A DNA stretch of 57,378 nucleotides from Elusimicrobiota bacterium (GTDB taxonomy: Bacteria; Elusimicrobiota; Elusimicrobia; UBA1565; UBA9628), in contig DAHVNA010000006.1 of the NCBI GenBank assembly GCA_027319565.1, positions 1 through 57,378 of the forward strand, read 5' to 3'. Positions 21,380-29,947 of this stretch are shown one piece after another. The translations under genes were made by a program, and so were the position numbers. Numbering within the stretch: position 1 is the stretch's first letter; every line of letters starts with the position of its first letter. Under the pieces are notes generated by a model. That model was not told the origin of the DNA. It saw nothing but the letters and a program-made list of their open reading frames with translations, and made no database searches.

Positions 21380-21931
21380 TTAGGGAGCGGAACCTTTCCA
21401 AATCACCTCGGGCTCTTTGAGGACCTTGTTGGCCCAGCGCGCGGCGGTAAAAAGGTAATCGGACAGCCGATTTAAATAAATGACGGCGCTTTTGAGAGAA
21501 GGACCTTGTTCGTCAATTTCACAAAGGCTTCTCTCAGCTCGTCGGCAAACCGCGCGCGATAAAAAAAGCCGCGAGGCGATCTCAGAGCCTCCGGGCAGAA
21601 TAAAATTTTTGAGAGTCTCCAAAGACTCGGTCATCTCATCAATCTCTTTTTCCAACTCAGAGACCCATTGGTCGAAATGGGGATCTCCTTTTTCTTTTTC
21701 CGAAGCGACCGCGGCTCCCAATTCAAAAAGGCAATTCTGAATGCGCTCAAGCGGAAAAGCCAAGGCCGCGGCCTTGGCTTCGGATTTGATCGCCCGAAGG
21801 GCCCACCCCAAGGCGGAATTTAATTCATCCAAATCTCCGCAGGCTTTGATCCGGGGATGATGTTTCGGCACGCGTTTGCCGCCGATAAGCCCCGTCTCTC
21901 CCAAGTCCCCGGTTTTGGTGTAAATCTTCAC
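21380..21931 (-). CDS. PduO-type cob(I)alamin adenosyltransferase
   Basis: KIYTKTGDxGET, GxxDELNS, FILPGG, RAVCRRAER and YLNRLSDYLF motifs. Confidence 0.92.
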   Translation of the reverse strand: MKIYTKTGDLGETGLIGGKRVPKHHPRIKACGDLDELNSALGWALRAIKSEAKAAALAFPLERIQNCLFELGAAVASEKEKGDPHFDQWVSELEKEIDEMTESLETLKNFILPGGSEIASRLFLSRAVCRRAERSLCEIDEQGPSLKSAVIYLNRLSDYLFTAARWANKVLKEPEVIWKGSAP

Positions 21932-21983
21932 CTTCTTATTTTGGCAAATTTAATGGCCAAATATTTATTGTAGAATCAAGTGA

Positions 21984-22856
21984 ATGGAATTAATCTCGAC
22001 GGAATTTCGCTGCAACAACCGCTGCGTCTTTTGCGCTCAAGACGGTTTACCCGCCGAAAAATTCTCGAAAGACGAGCAGGATTTAATCGCAAAAGCAAAG
22101 GCCGCTTGTCAAAAAGATTCCACAATCGCCTTTGTGGGCGGAGAGCCCACTCTTCATGAAGGACTAATTCCGGCGGTCTCGGCCGCGAAAGCATTCGGAG
22201 CCGCTTACGTTCTCATTCAAACGAATGGCCGCCGCTTGGCCTATTCTTCTTTCACTCAAAATCTGAAAAATGCGGGCGCCGATGCCCTGGATATTTCCCT
22301 TCAAGGATCGACCGGGGATATGCATGATTATCACACCCAGACGCCCGGGAGTTGGGCGCAGACTATTTTGGGAATTAAGCACGCGCGCAAAGCCGGTTTT
22401 CGCGTCGGCATTTCAACCGTAATTACGCGCTCTAATTTTAGGCACTTAAGCGAAATCGCGCATTTGGTTCACCGCTTGGGAGCGGAAGCTTTCCATTTGA
22501 GCTTGGCCATGCCCTACGGTCGCGCCGGCAAATCGTGGGCAAGAGTGATCCCTTTAGCGGAAATGGCGCGGCCCCATCTGACAGAAGCCCTCAACCTTTC
22601 TAAATCCTTGGGGCTTAAAACCGAATTGGGACACGCCTTCTCTGAAACCACCAGCCCGCTGTTTGCGGGAATAGGCCCCTATCAGCGCGGGGAGTTAGAA
22701 ACAGCCTCCCACTCAAAAAAATCGGGCGACGCCTCCTACGCAAGACCCAAGCCGGGGCTTCGCGAACGCCGCGGACCGCCCAAAACTGGGACAAAACTCA
22801 AAGAATTATTTCCGGAAATTTTTACCGGCGCCGATATCCCCGGGGGAAAACCCTAA
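21984..22856 (+). CDS. Radical SAM protein (HxsC-like core, no C-terminal auxiliary Cys motif)
   Basis: CNNRCVFC, GGEPT, QTNGRRL and HD..T.TPGSW motifs. Confidence 0.85.
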   Translation: MELISTEFRCNNRCVFCAQDGLPAEKFSKDEQDLIAKAKAACQKDSTIAFVGGEPTLHEGLIPAVSAAKAFGAAYVLIQTNGRRLAYSSFTQNLKNAGADALDISLQGSTGDMHDYHTQTPGSWAQTILGIKHARKAGFRVGISTVITRSNFRHLSEIAHLVHRLGAEAFHLSLAMPYGRAGKSWARVIPLAEMARPHLTEALNLSKSLGLKTELGHAFSETTSPLFAGIGPYQRGELETASHSKKSGDASYARPKPGLRERRGPPKTGTKLKELFPEIFTGADIPGGKP

Positions 22857-25000
22857 TGGCCAATATCGGCTATATCCAGGTAGTCCGGCATTGTAATCAG
22901 TATTGCCGCTTTTGCTCAAACCCGGAAACGGAATATATGCTCGACGTTGAAACCGCCCAAAAGCAAATTGATGATTTTGTCAAGCGCGGCTATTTCGGAA
23001 TTATCCTCACCGGCGGCGAACCCAGTTTATCTCCCCATGTCCCGGCAATCACTCGCTATGCCATCCAAAAAGGCCTGCATGTTCGGATGATTACCAACGG
23101 TTCTAAAATCGCGGAGATGCCCATCGCCCGCTCTTTCGCCGAGGCCGGCCTTCACCATTATCATGTGTCTATTCATTCCAGCCGCGCTCAAGTCGAAAAC
23201 TTTTTAACCGGAGTCAAAAATTCTTTTGAGAAAGCTCTCCTGGCCCTGGAAAATCTCTCGATTTTAGCCAAGGATTTTCCCGTCGCGGTCAACATCAACA
23301 CCGTCATTAATTCCTACAACGCGGATCATCTCGATGAGACCGCGCGCTTTTTTGCCGAAAAATTTCCGGTCATCTCGCATTTTGTCTGGAATAATCTCGA
23401 TCCTTCGATGGGGCGAGCCGAGACCAATCGCGACACCGCGCCCCGGTTTCGGGATTTTGAGCTTTCTCTTTCAAAGGCGATGCGCTATCTGGATAAACAG
23501 GGGAAAACCTTCCGGGTTGAGCGCGTGCCCTTGTGTTTCATGACGGAGTTCGCGCATTGTTCGACTGAAACCCGGAAAATCGTCAAGGGAGAAGAACGCA
23601 TCGTCCACTTTTTGGATGAAAAAGGAACCGTACGCCAAACCGATTTTAAGCATCTTAAAAGCGCGGCCTGCCAATCTTGTTCCTTAGACGACATCTGCGC
23701 CGGCGCCTTCGACCTGGGAGATTGGTATGACCCGGAAGAACTCTCCCCGGTCTTTGTCCCCAAAGAACCTATTGTCCAAAAAATTCTTGCCGAAGAATCA
23801 CCCTCAACGGCCCCGGAAAGAGCGCCTCACCCGTTTTCAGAAAAGCCGCCGGAAAAACGGCACTGGGTCAGACTCACACGGGTCTGCAACGATCACTGCA
23901 GCTTTTGTCTCGACACTCCCGCCTGGAATGGAACGGCGATCCCCTGGAACGCGGTGGTCTCCGATCTCGAAAAAGGCCGCGCGCTCGGCATTAAACGCTT
24001 GGTCCTGAGCGGCGGAGAGCCCACCATCCACCCCGATTTCATCAAAATCGTCGCCAAATCAAGAGAAATGGGATACGAACATATTCAAACCGTCACCAAT
24101 GGGCGGCGAATGTGCTACCCGGATTTCATGGAGGGCGCGGTCAAAGCCGGGCTTAAGGAGGTCACTTTTTCTCTCCATGGGCACACCCCGGAAATTCACG
24201 ACCGCTTGACCGGATCTCCGGGCTCTTTTGTCCAAGGGCTTGTGGCTTTAAGGCGCGCGCTAAAAACCCCGAACCTGATTGTCAGCGTGGATGTCGTCAT
24301 CAACAAGCAAAATATCCGGCATTTAAGAGAAATTCTGGACTTTTTCATTCACGAAGGCGTGCGGGAATTCGATCTTTTGCAGGTCATTCCCTTTGGAAGC
24401 GCTTGGGAAAACAAAGAAGAGCTGTTCTATGATGTCAAAGCCGAATTGCCTCATCTTCACCGAGCTCTTGAGGTCCTCAAAAGAGGCGATGTCGTCTTGT
24501 GGACCAACCGCCTTTTGCCTCAGTATTTGGAAGGCTATGAGGATCTCATTCAGCCTCCCTCCAAGCTTCACGATGAAGCCTCAGGGCGTGGGGTTATATT
24601 CGACAAATTTCTCCATTACGGAATTAAGCCCGATTGCTGGGGGCGCTGCCCGCATTGTTTTTTGCAAAATATGTGCGCCGACATCGCCAAAATAAACGAA
24701 GAGAAAAAATTAAACGCCCATCCTCTTCCGGAATGCCTCAAAAACAATGCCGAGGCGCTCCATGATTTCGATAAAGCGGGTGCAGAAGAACTGAGTCATT
24801 CCCCCTCTCCGGATTTCAAAATGAAGGAATACGTCGAGTTTTATATTCGGCGGCGTTATTTTTCCAAGGGAAAATCTTGCCAAGAATGCCGTTTCAATTT
24901 ATCCTGCGACGGGGCCCCGATTCAATATATCCGCAAACACGGTTTTCCAAAGCCAACGCCTGAAATGCGGGTAAAATCTCCCGAAGCCATTCCTGTTTAA
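22856..25000 (+). CDS. Tandem double radical SAM protein
   Basis: Two CxxxCxxC motifs (CNQYCRFC, CNDHCSFC), each with its own GGEP/TNG and C-terminal Cys cluster, joined by a Pro-rich linker. Confidence 0.9.
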   Translation: MANIGYIQVVRHCNQYCRFCSNPETEYMLDVETAQKQIDDFVKRGYFGIILTGGEPSLSPHVPAITRYAIQKGLHVRMITNGSKIAEMPIARSFAEAGLHHYHVSIHSSRAQVENFLTGVKNSFEKALLALENLSILAKDFPVAVNINTVINSYNADHLDETARFFAEKFPVISHFVWNNLDPSMGRAETNRDTAPRFRDFELSLSKAMRYLDKQGKTFRVERVPLCFMTEFAHCSTETRKIVKGEERIVHFLDEKGTVRQTDFKHLKSAACQSCSLDDICAGAFDLGDWYDPEELSPVFVPKEPIVQKILAEESPSTAPERAPHPFSEKPPEKRHWVRLTRVCNDHCSFCLDTPAWNGTAIPWNAVVSDLEKGRALGIKRLVLSGGEPTIHPDFIKIVAKSREMGYEHIQTVTNGRRMCYPDFMEGAVKAGLKEVTFSLHGHTPEIHDRLTGSPGSFVQGLVALRRALKTPNLIVSVDVVINKQNIRHLREILDFFIHEGVREFDLLQVIPFGSAWENKEELFYDVKAELPHLHRALEVLKRGDVVLWTNRLLPQYLEGYEDLIQPPSKLHDEASGRGVIFDKFLHYGIKPDCWGRCPHCFLQNMCADIAKINEEKKLNAHPLPECLKNNAEALHDFDKAGAEELSHSPSPDFKMKEYVEFYIRRRYFSKGKSCQECRFNLSCDGAPIQYIRKHGFPKPTPEMRVKSPEAIPV

Positions 25001-26265
25001 TGAGCGCTTTTTCATCCGAAGATTTACTTCTCCCAATATCCGGACACCACACTCTTAAAAATTTAAAAGAGGCGTATCTAAAACAGCTTTTGCGCGAAAC
25101 TCTCGCGCTCGCAATTAAAAACCGGTCTTGGAACCTCACGCCGCCGCTTTATCCCTTGCTTGCCGGCGCTTTAAAGGCCTCCCCAAAATCTCTTCTTGAA
25201 ATTCTATCTTCCCCGGAAATTTCTCCCCTTGTTTGGTGTTACCAAAGAAAAAACGATTTCCCCGGCCTTGAAAAGAAAATTGAAGAAGCCGCAGAGGCCT
25301 TGCCGGGATCTCTTTTGCTTTCCTTGGCCGCCCACAAACTTTTGCCTCAGGGTGGAGCGAAATTTTTAGTCTCTTCCGAGACTGAAATCATATCTCACTC
25401 TCTCGGATTTTCGATGAAACTGGAAGAAGGACGCCTGGGCTGGAATTTCGGAGCGGGGAGCGTTTCGGCCTTAAAAAGCTCGGGACCGGAAGGACAGGTC
25501 AATCTCAGTTCGGAAACCCTTTTGGGACGGCGCCCAGCGGCGGCGGGAATTTCTTCGCAATTGTGCTACGTCTCCCTTAAACCGCCGCGCCCGATTAAAC
25601 TGGCGCTCAAAGATATCAACCCTATCGCCGACATCGAGGCTCACCCGGATAAAGCCGGAAACGCCTTGGACCTGGGCGGGCATTCCGAAGAAGACTGGAG
25701 AGCGTCCCTGGCCCAGTGTCTTGATTGGATTTTAGAATTGTGGCCCGAGCTTTTTGAAGAAATGGAGATACTGCTTAAGCAGATTGTCCCTGTCGGGTAT
25801 TCCGACACCCGGCATCTTTCCGCGTCGTACCGCGAGGCAATTGGAACTGTTTACATGACGCTTCACCCCCATCTTTTGACAATGACCGAAGCCCTGATTC
25901 ACGAGTTTCAGCACAATAAGATGAATTTGGCCTCCTATTTTGACGGTTTCCTTGAAAACGCTTTTGTTCCTTTATATAAGTCTCCGGTGCGCCCGGACCC
26001 GCGCCCCCTGTGGGGAGTTCTTCTGGCGGTTCACGCATTTTTGCCGGTGGCCGAGTTTTACCGCAAAATGCGCGCGGCCAATCACCCCGTGTCTCAAACT
26101 CCTGATTTTGAACGCCGGCTCAAGGAAATCGACGAAAAAAACCGCGAGGGAATGGAGACTTTGAGAGAACACGCCCGCTGGACGCCGGCCGGTCGCGCCT
26201 TGATGGAGGCGCTTGAAATCGTGGCCAGGCAGCATCAAGGAAATCTCATAAGACCGGGGTCTTGA
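25000..26265 (+). CDS. HExxH-motif peptide-modification enzyme (alphaKG-HExxH beta-hydroxylase-like)
   Basis: EALIHEFQHNK followed by SPVRPDPRPLWGVLLAVHAF, the family signature. Confidence 0.85.
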   Translation: MSAFSSEDLLLPISGHHTLKNLKEAYLKQLLRETLALAIKNRSWNLTPPLYPLLAGALKASPKSLLEILSSPEISPLVWCYQRKNDFPGLEKKIEEAAEALPGSLLLSLAAHKLLPQGGAKFLVSSETEIISHSLGFSMKLEEGRLGWNFGAGSVSALKSSGPEGQVNLSSETLLGRRPAAAGISSQLCYVSLKPPRPIKLALKDINPIADIEAHPDKAGNALDLGGHSEEDWRASLAQCLDWILELWPELFEEMEILLKQIVPVGYSDTRHLSASYREAIGTVYMTLHPHLLTMTEALIHEFQHNKMNLASYFDGFLENAFVPLYKSPVRPDPRPLWGVLLAVHAFLPVAEFYRKMRAANHPVSQTPDFERRLKEIDEKNREGMETLREHARWTPAGRALMEALEIVARQHQGNLIRPGS

Positions 26266-26290
26266 CGAAGTTGTGGTCTCCTGTTATCCT
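26262..26290 (+). promoter_or_regulatory. Sigma70-type promoter for the 26308 gene
   Basis: TTGACG-17 bp-TATCCT with an extended -10 TG, then an AAGAGG RBS before the ATG. Confidence 0.55.
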
Positions 26291-26307
26291 TAAAAAGAGG
26301 TTTTGTT

Positions 26308-27267
26308 ATGGAAGAGAAAGTTATTGAGATTCGCGTCCATGTTCCCAAGATTCATTTAAGTCCTAGGGTCTGGAAATGGGGCTTGGCTGGTCTTTTGGTT
26401 TTGGCTTTGGCTGAAAATCCCGCGACCGAGTCGGTGACTCTTTCTACCTATTACCCCGCTCCCGCCGGGGCTTATAATAACATGGTCACGATTGGGAACA
26501 CCTGGTTGGCGAGGGATCCGCAGTCAGGCGGGACTCCCAGTTTTGTCGAGATGGGAAGTAACCTAGGAGTTCCCCCTAATGTAAAGCTTGATGTCACCGG
26601 AGGTAACGTGGGGATTGGAAATGCTAATAATGGGGGGTATCCCCCGCAGCCTATAGATCCAACTTTTGGTGGTGTTGCGGGCTCAGGGAACGGAAATTTA
26701 CTTGGAATCGCTGCTCAAGATAACTCTACGGCTTTGGTTATCGGGAATACTTCCGGAGCCCCACGTTTTGCTTTGAACCCTCAAAGTAACGGTGGTTGGC
26801 AGATGTCGGATTATGGGTCGGGAGGTTGGCAATCAGGGCTCAGTGAATGGAACGGAAGTGTTACCACCCAGAAAGCTTTGTCCGTTGGCCCTTTTACGAC
26901 AAACCCTTCGGATCAGAGTTATATCCATGTTAATGCCAATAACGCTTGCTCGCCGATGGGACCGGGACAAGATAATGCAATGTGTCCAGGCGGCTGGTAT
27001 GCCACTTGGACACCGGGAATTTATGTTGAGACCCCCAATGGTTATAGTGGTCCTGGTTGGGCTCACGATCGCTATGCCTTGTATGCGCTGGATCCTGCAG
27101 ATGGCCAATGGCTCAATTTTAATATAGACTGTAGTGCTGGATGGGGCACGCTTCAAATTCAGGCTGCTTTTCCTCATTCGTCGCCGGGGTTAACAGAGGT
27201 TTGTGTTGCCGGAGAAGGTCTTTTTGGCGGGAATGGCAATAATCGCTGGTGGTGTTGTCCAAAATAG
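26308..27267 (+). CDS. Membrane-anchored/exported Gly-Asn-rich beta protein (adhesin/fibre-like, hypothetical)
   Basis: N-terminal TM, ESVTLSTYYPAP, LDVTGGNVGIG fibre-type motif, and a Cys-containing C-terminus ending WWCCPK. Confidence 0.65.
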   Translation: MEEKVIEIRVHVPKIHLSPRVWKWGLAGLLVLALAENPATESVTLSTYYPAPAGAYNNMVTIGNTWLARDPQSGGTPSFVEMGSNLGVPPNVKLDVTGGNVGIGNANNGGYPPQPIDPTFGGVAGSGNGNLLGIAAQDNSTALVIGNTSGAPRFALNPQSNGGWQMSDYGSGGWQSGLSEWNGSVTTQKALSVGPFTTNPSDQSYIHVNANNACSPMGPGQDNAMCPGGWYATWTPGIYVETPNGYSGPGWAHDRYALYALDPADGQWLNFNIDCSAGWGTLQIQAAFPHSSPGLTEVCVAGEGLFGGNGNNRWWCCPK

Positions 27268-27362
27268 TTTCCCCTCATGTTTTTATTTATTAGAACCACC
27301 AAACGACATCTTCGATCCTCCTGTTGCATTAGCTCCTTGAATTCACCCAATAATTTTTAATA

Positions 27363-27391
27363 TTGACTTCAGTAGTTTTCTTTTCTACCAT
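27363..27391 (+). promoter_or_regulatory. Sigma70-type promoter for the hxs core operon
   Basis: TTGACT-17 bp-TACCAT, then GAGG before ATG 27429. Confidence 0.6.
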
Positions 27392-27428
27392 ACATGGACG
27401 AGGCTAATAATGAAGAGGTAACGCTAAC

Positions 27429-27914
27429 ATGAATCACAATGAATTGGCTGTTGATGTCGATATCCGACTCTATGGTCTTGACGCCATTTATAAGGCGTGT
27501 TACCACTTCCTAGAGAGTTTTTATATTCGTTTGGAAGGTGATTCTCAAGGGATTGTAAAAATTTTTATTCGTCCCAAGTCGGAAACTTCGCATCATAAGG
27601 ATATCATTGGAGAGATTCAAAATGAGCTTTTGCATCAGTCGCTGCGCTATAAAATTCTAAACGAAACCCAAAAATTAAGAGAATATGTAATCACAAAAGC
27701 GCTGAGCTCTGCAGAAGGTGCTCCAGCCGAACAATCTGGGAATGCTCAGGGGGTGGTCGGTTCCCCAGTTCTAGACGCGGAATTAGAGAGAGAGATAGAA
27801 AAGCTTTTAGCTGAAGTCGAAAAAGTGGATTCCGCAAATGATCCTCTTAAAATCGGCACACCTTGGGAGGAAAACCATCCCTCCGTCAATTCCTCCGTCC
27901 CCAAGAACTCATGA
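27429..27914 (+). CDS. hxsD: His-Xaa-Ser system protein HxsD
   Basis: D..LY..DAIYKACY.F and NELLHQSLR.KI..ET..LRE motifs; position upstream of hxsB. Confidence 0.85.
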   Translation: MNHNELAVDVDIRLYGLDAIYKACYHFLESFYIRLEGDSQGIVKIFIRPKSETSHHKDIIGEIQNELLHQSLRYKILNETQKLREYVITKALSSAEGAPAEQSGNAQGVVGSPVLDAELEREIEKLLAEVEKVDSANDPLKIGTPWEENHPSVNSSVPKNS

Positions 27915-28111
27915 AAATAAAATTCCCAACCAATCTTTATTCAAGAAAGGCCGTAGAAGCCGCAGCGGTGGATTTTGCGGAATGGGCACGCTTTGAAATT
28001 ATCGAGAAAGATGGTGTTATTGGAGTAGAGGCCATTACTGAACCAGGCATGGAAATCAGTGAAAATTTTAAAGAAGAATTTTCGAATTATGTTCTTGGAC
28101 AAATGTCATGA
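27911..28111 (+). CDS. Short HxsD-like protein
   Basis: From ATG 27911 (ATGA overlap): LYSRKAVEAAAVDF...EEFSNYVL, which mirrors the HxsD pattern. Confidence 0.7.
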   Translation: MKIKFPTNLYSRKAVEAAAVDFAEWARFEIIEKDGVIGVEAITEPGMEISENFKEEFSNYVLGQMS

Positions 28112-29589
28112 TCACGCTTGAAGATATTAGAAAGGTTGATGAGAAAAAGGTTGGGGCGTTTTACTATCGCGTACTTAATGGGCGATATTTGATCACCAAC
28201 GATCAGGGACGTTATTTAGATTTATCGGAAGAGGATTTCAAGAGTTTTACCCGCGGGGAGGTCCTCCCGGAAAGCGCTCTTGGAATGGTTTTAAAGCAAA
28301 ATGGTTTTTTGCGCGAATGGGTTGATGTTGAGAGTCTTTCCCGAGATTGGTCAAAAAAGAATGCCTTTTTGAATTCTGGCACGGGGCTCCACATCATCGT
28401 GGTAACACTAAGGTGTAATCAGAAATGCGTCTATTGCCAGGTTAGCTCTGTGGGAATGAATGAAACTTCCACCGATATGACCGAAGCAACGGCTGAAAAG
28501 GTCCTTCAGCGTATATTTGAGAGCCCTAACAATGATATCACCATTGAGTTCCAGGGGGGCGAGCCATTAGTCAACTGGCCGATTATTCGTTACATAGTTA
28601 CTCGAGCTACTGAAATCAATAAAACAGCCCAGAAAAACCTCATCATCGGCATGGTTTCTAATCTTAGCTTGATGGATGAAGAAAAACTCCAGTTTCTTCT
28701 AGAGCATGACGTCACTTTTTGCACATCTTTGGACGGCCCAGCTTCCGTTCATGAGGAAAATCGCAAATGGTTAGGGGGGACCAGTCATGGTGACGCGGTT
28801 AAATGGTGGCGCGTTATCATGGAGAAGACTATAAATAAGCGTTACCGTATTGATGCTTTGACTACAATCACCAAACGCTCACTATCCTCTCCGAAAGAAA
28901 TTATCGATGAATATATTTCTCTTGGGGCACGCGGCATTTATCTTCGTTACTTGAGTCCGCTCGGATTTGCCCTTAAGACTTGGGAGAAAATTGGATACAC
29001 CTCCAATGAATACCTCGATTTCTATAGAACTGCTATGGACTATATTATCGATATAAATTTAAAAGATAGAAATAAACATTTTTTTGAAAACATGTCAAAG
29101 CAGTTTTTAACCAAGATTCTTTTAAACGAAGATCCTAATAATATGGATGTGCGCAACCCTTGTGGTGCAGGTATTGGTCAACTCGCGTACAACTTTGATG
29201 GATCAATCTATACTTGTGACGAGGGGAGAATGTTAAGCCGGATGAAAGATGAGTCTTTCAAGGTTGGGGATGTTAAGACAGGAACCTTATCGGATAATAT
29301 GCGCCACCCAGCGGTCCGTTCTCTCATCGTAGCATCACATCTTGAAGGGCAGCCCCAGTGTTCTTCGTGTGCTTATAAACCTTATGATGGAGTTTGTCCT
29401 ATTTACAACTATGTGACTGAAGGGGATATTATTAGCCGCATGCACTCGAATCAAAGATGTCATGTTCATATGGGCATCCTAGATTATTTGTTTTTGCGCC
29501 TGAGAGATCCGCAGGTAAAAGCCGTTTTTGAAGGATGGGTTACCTCTCCTGAGCGCCCGATTCGCGCCGATATTTTTCAAAGAAATTAA
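28108..29589 (+). CDS. hxsB: His-Xaa-Ser system radical SAM/SPASM maturase HxsB
   Basis: LHIIVVTLRCNQKCVYCQ, IEFQGGEPL, TSLDGP, PCGAGIGQLAYN.DG..YTCDEGRML and CxxCxYKPY motifs. Confidence 0.92.
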   Translation: MITLEDIRKVDEKKVGAFYYRVLNGRYLITNDQGRYLDLSEEDFKSFTRGEVLPESALGMVLKQNGFLREWVDVESLSRDWSKKNAFLNSGTGLHIIVVTLRCNQKCVYCQVSSVGMNETSTDMTEATAEKVLQRIFESPNNDITIEFQGGEPLVNWPIIRYIVTRATEINKTAQKNLIIGMVSNLSLMDEEKLQFLLEHDVTFCTSLDGPASVHEENRKWLGGTSHGDAVKWWRVIMEKTINKRYRIDALTTITKRSLSSPKEIIDEYISLGARGIYLRYLSPLGFALKTWEKIGYTSNEYLDFYRTAMDYIIDINLKDRNKHFFENMSKQFLTKILLNEDPNNMDVRNPCGAGIGQLAYNFDGSIYTCDEGRMLSRMKDESFKVGDVKTGTLSDNMRHPAVRSLIVASHLEGQPQCSSCAYKPYDGVCPIYNYVTEGDIISRMHSNQRCHVHMGILDYLFLRLRDPQVKAVFEGWVTSPERPIRADIFQRN

Positions 29590-29607
29590 TCTAATGGGTC
29601 AAGGAAA

Positions 29608-29943
29608 ATGAGCGACAACAAAAAAGAAACGAAAAAATCCATGTTGCCTCAAATTAAGAAAGACTTAAAGAGATTTTTGACAAGTGAAGAGGCTAAAGTC
29701 GTGGATTCAGACGTCCTCAAAGCCGCCATTGCTTTAGGTATTCTTGGATCGGCGTTTTTGCCCACAGACAAGGCACTGGCGCAAACGCTTCACAATAACT
29801 TTCTTTATAATACGGGAGGATCCTCGGGGCACTCAAGCCATAATTCGCACGGGTCGCACGGGTCGCACGGATCTCACGGGTCTCACGGGTCGCACGGGTC
29901 TCACGGGTCGCACGGGTCTCATGGGTCTCATGGAGCTTGGTAG
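29608..29943 (+). CDS. hxsA: His-Xaa-Ser repeat precursor peptide (HxsA-like)
   Basis: 111 aa with a basic N-terminus, a hydrophobic stretch and C-terminal HSS-HNS-(HGS)9-HGAW; AAGGA RBS; directly after hxsB. Confidence 0.9.
   Translation: MSDNKKETKKSMLPQIKKDLKRFLTSEEAKVVDSDVLKAAIALGILGSAFLPTDKALAQTLHNNFLYNTGGSSGHSSHNSHGSHGSHGSHGSHGSHGSHGSHGSHGSHGAW
29830..29928 (+). repeat. 9-bp coding tandem repeat, 11 His-Xaa-Ser triplets
   Basis: CAY-GGR-TCK units; among the nine HGS units variation is confined to third codon positions. Confidence 0.95.
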
Positions 29944-29947
29944 TTTT

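Noticed and set aside
18978..21931. hemL/hemB/adenosyltransferase as part of the radical SAM locus (heme or B12 link to the HemN-like genes)
   Set aside because: They are divergently transcribed housekeeping genes. I saw no cobalamin-binding domain in the radical SAM proteins, and adjacency alone is insufficient.
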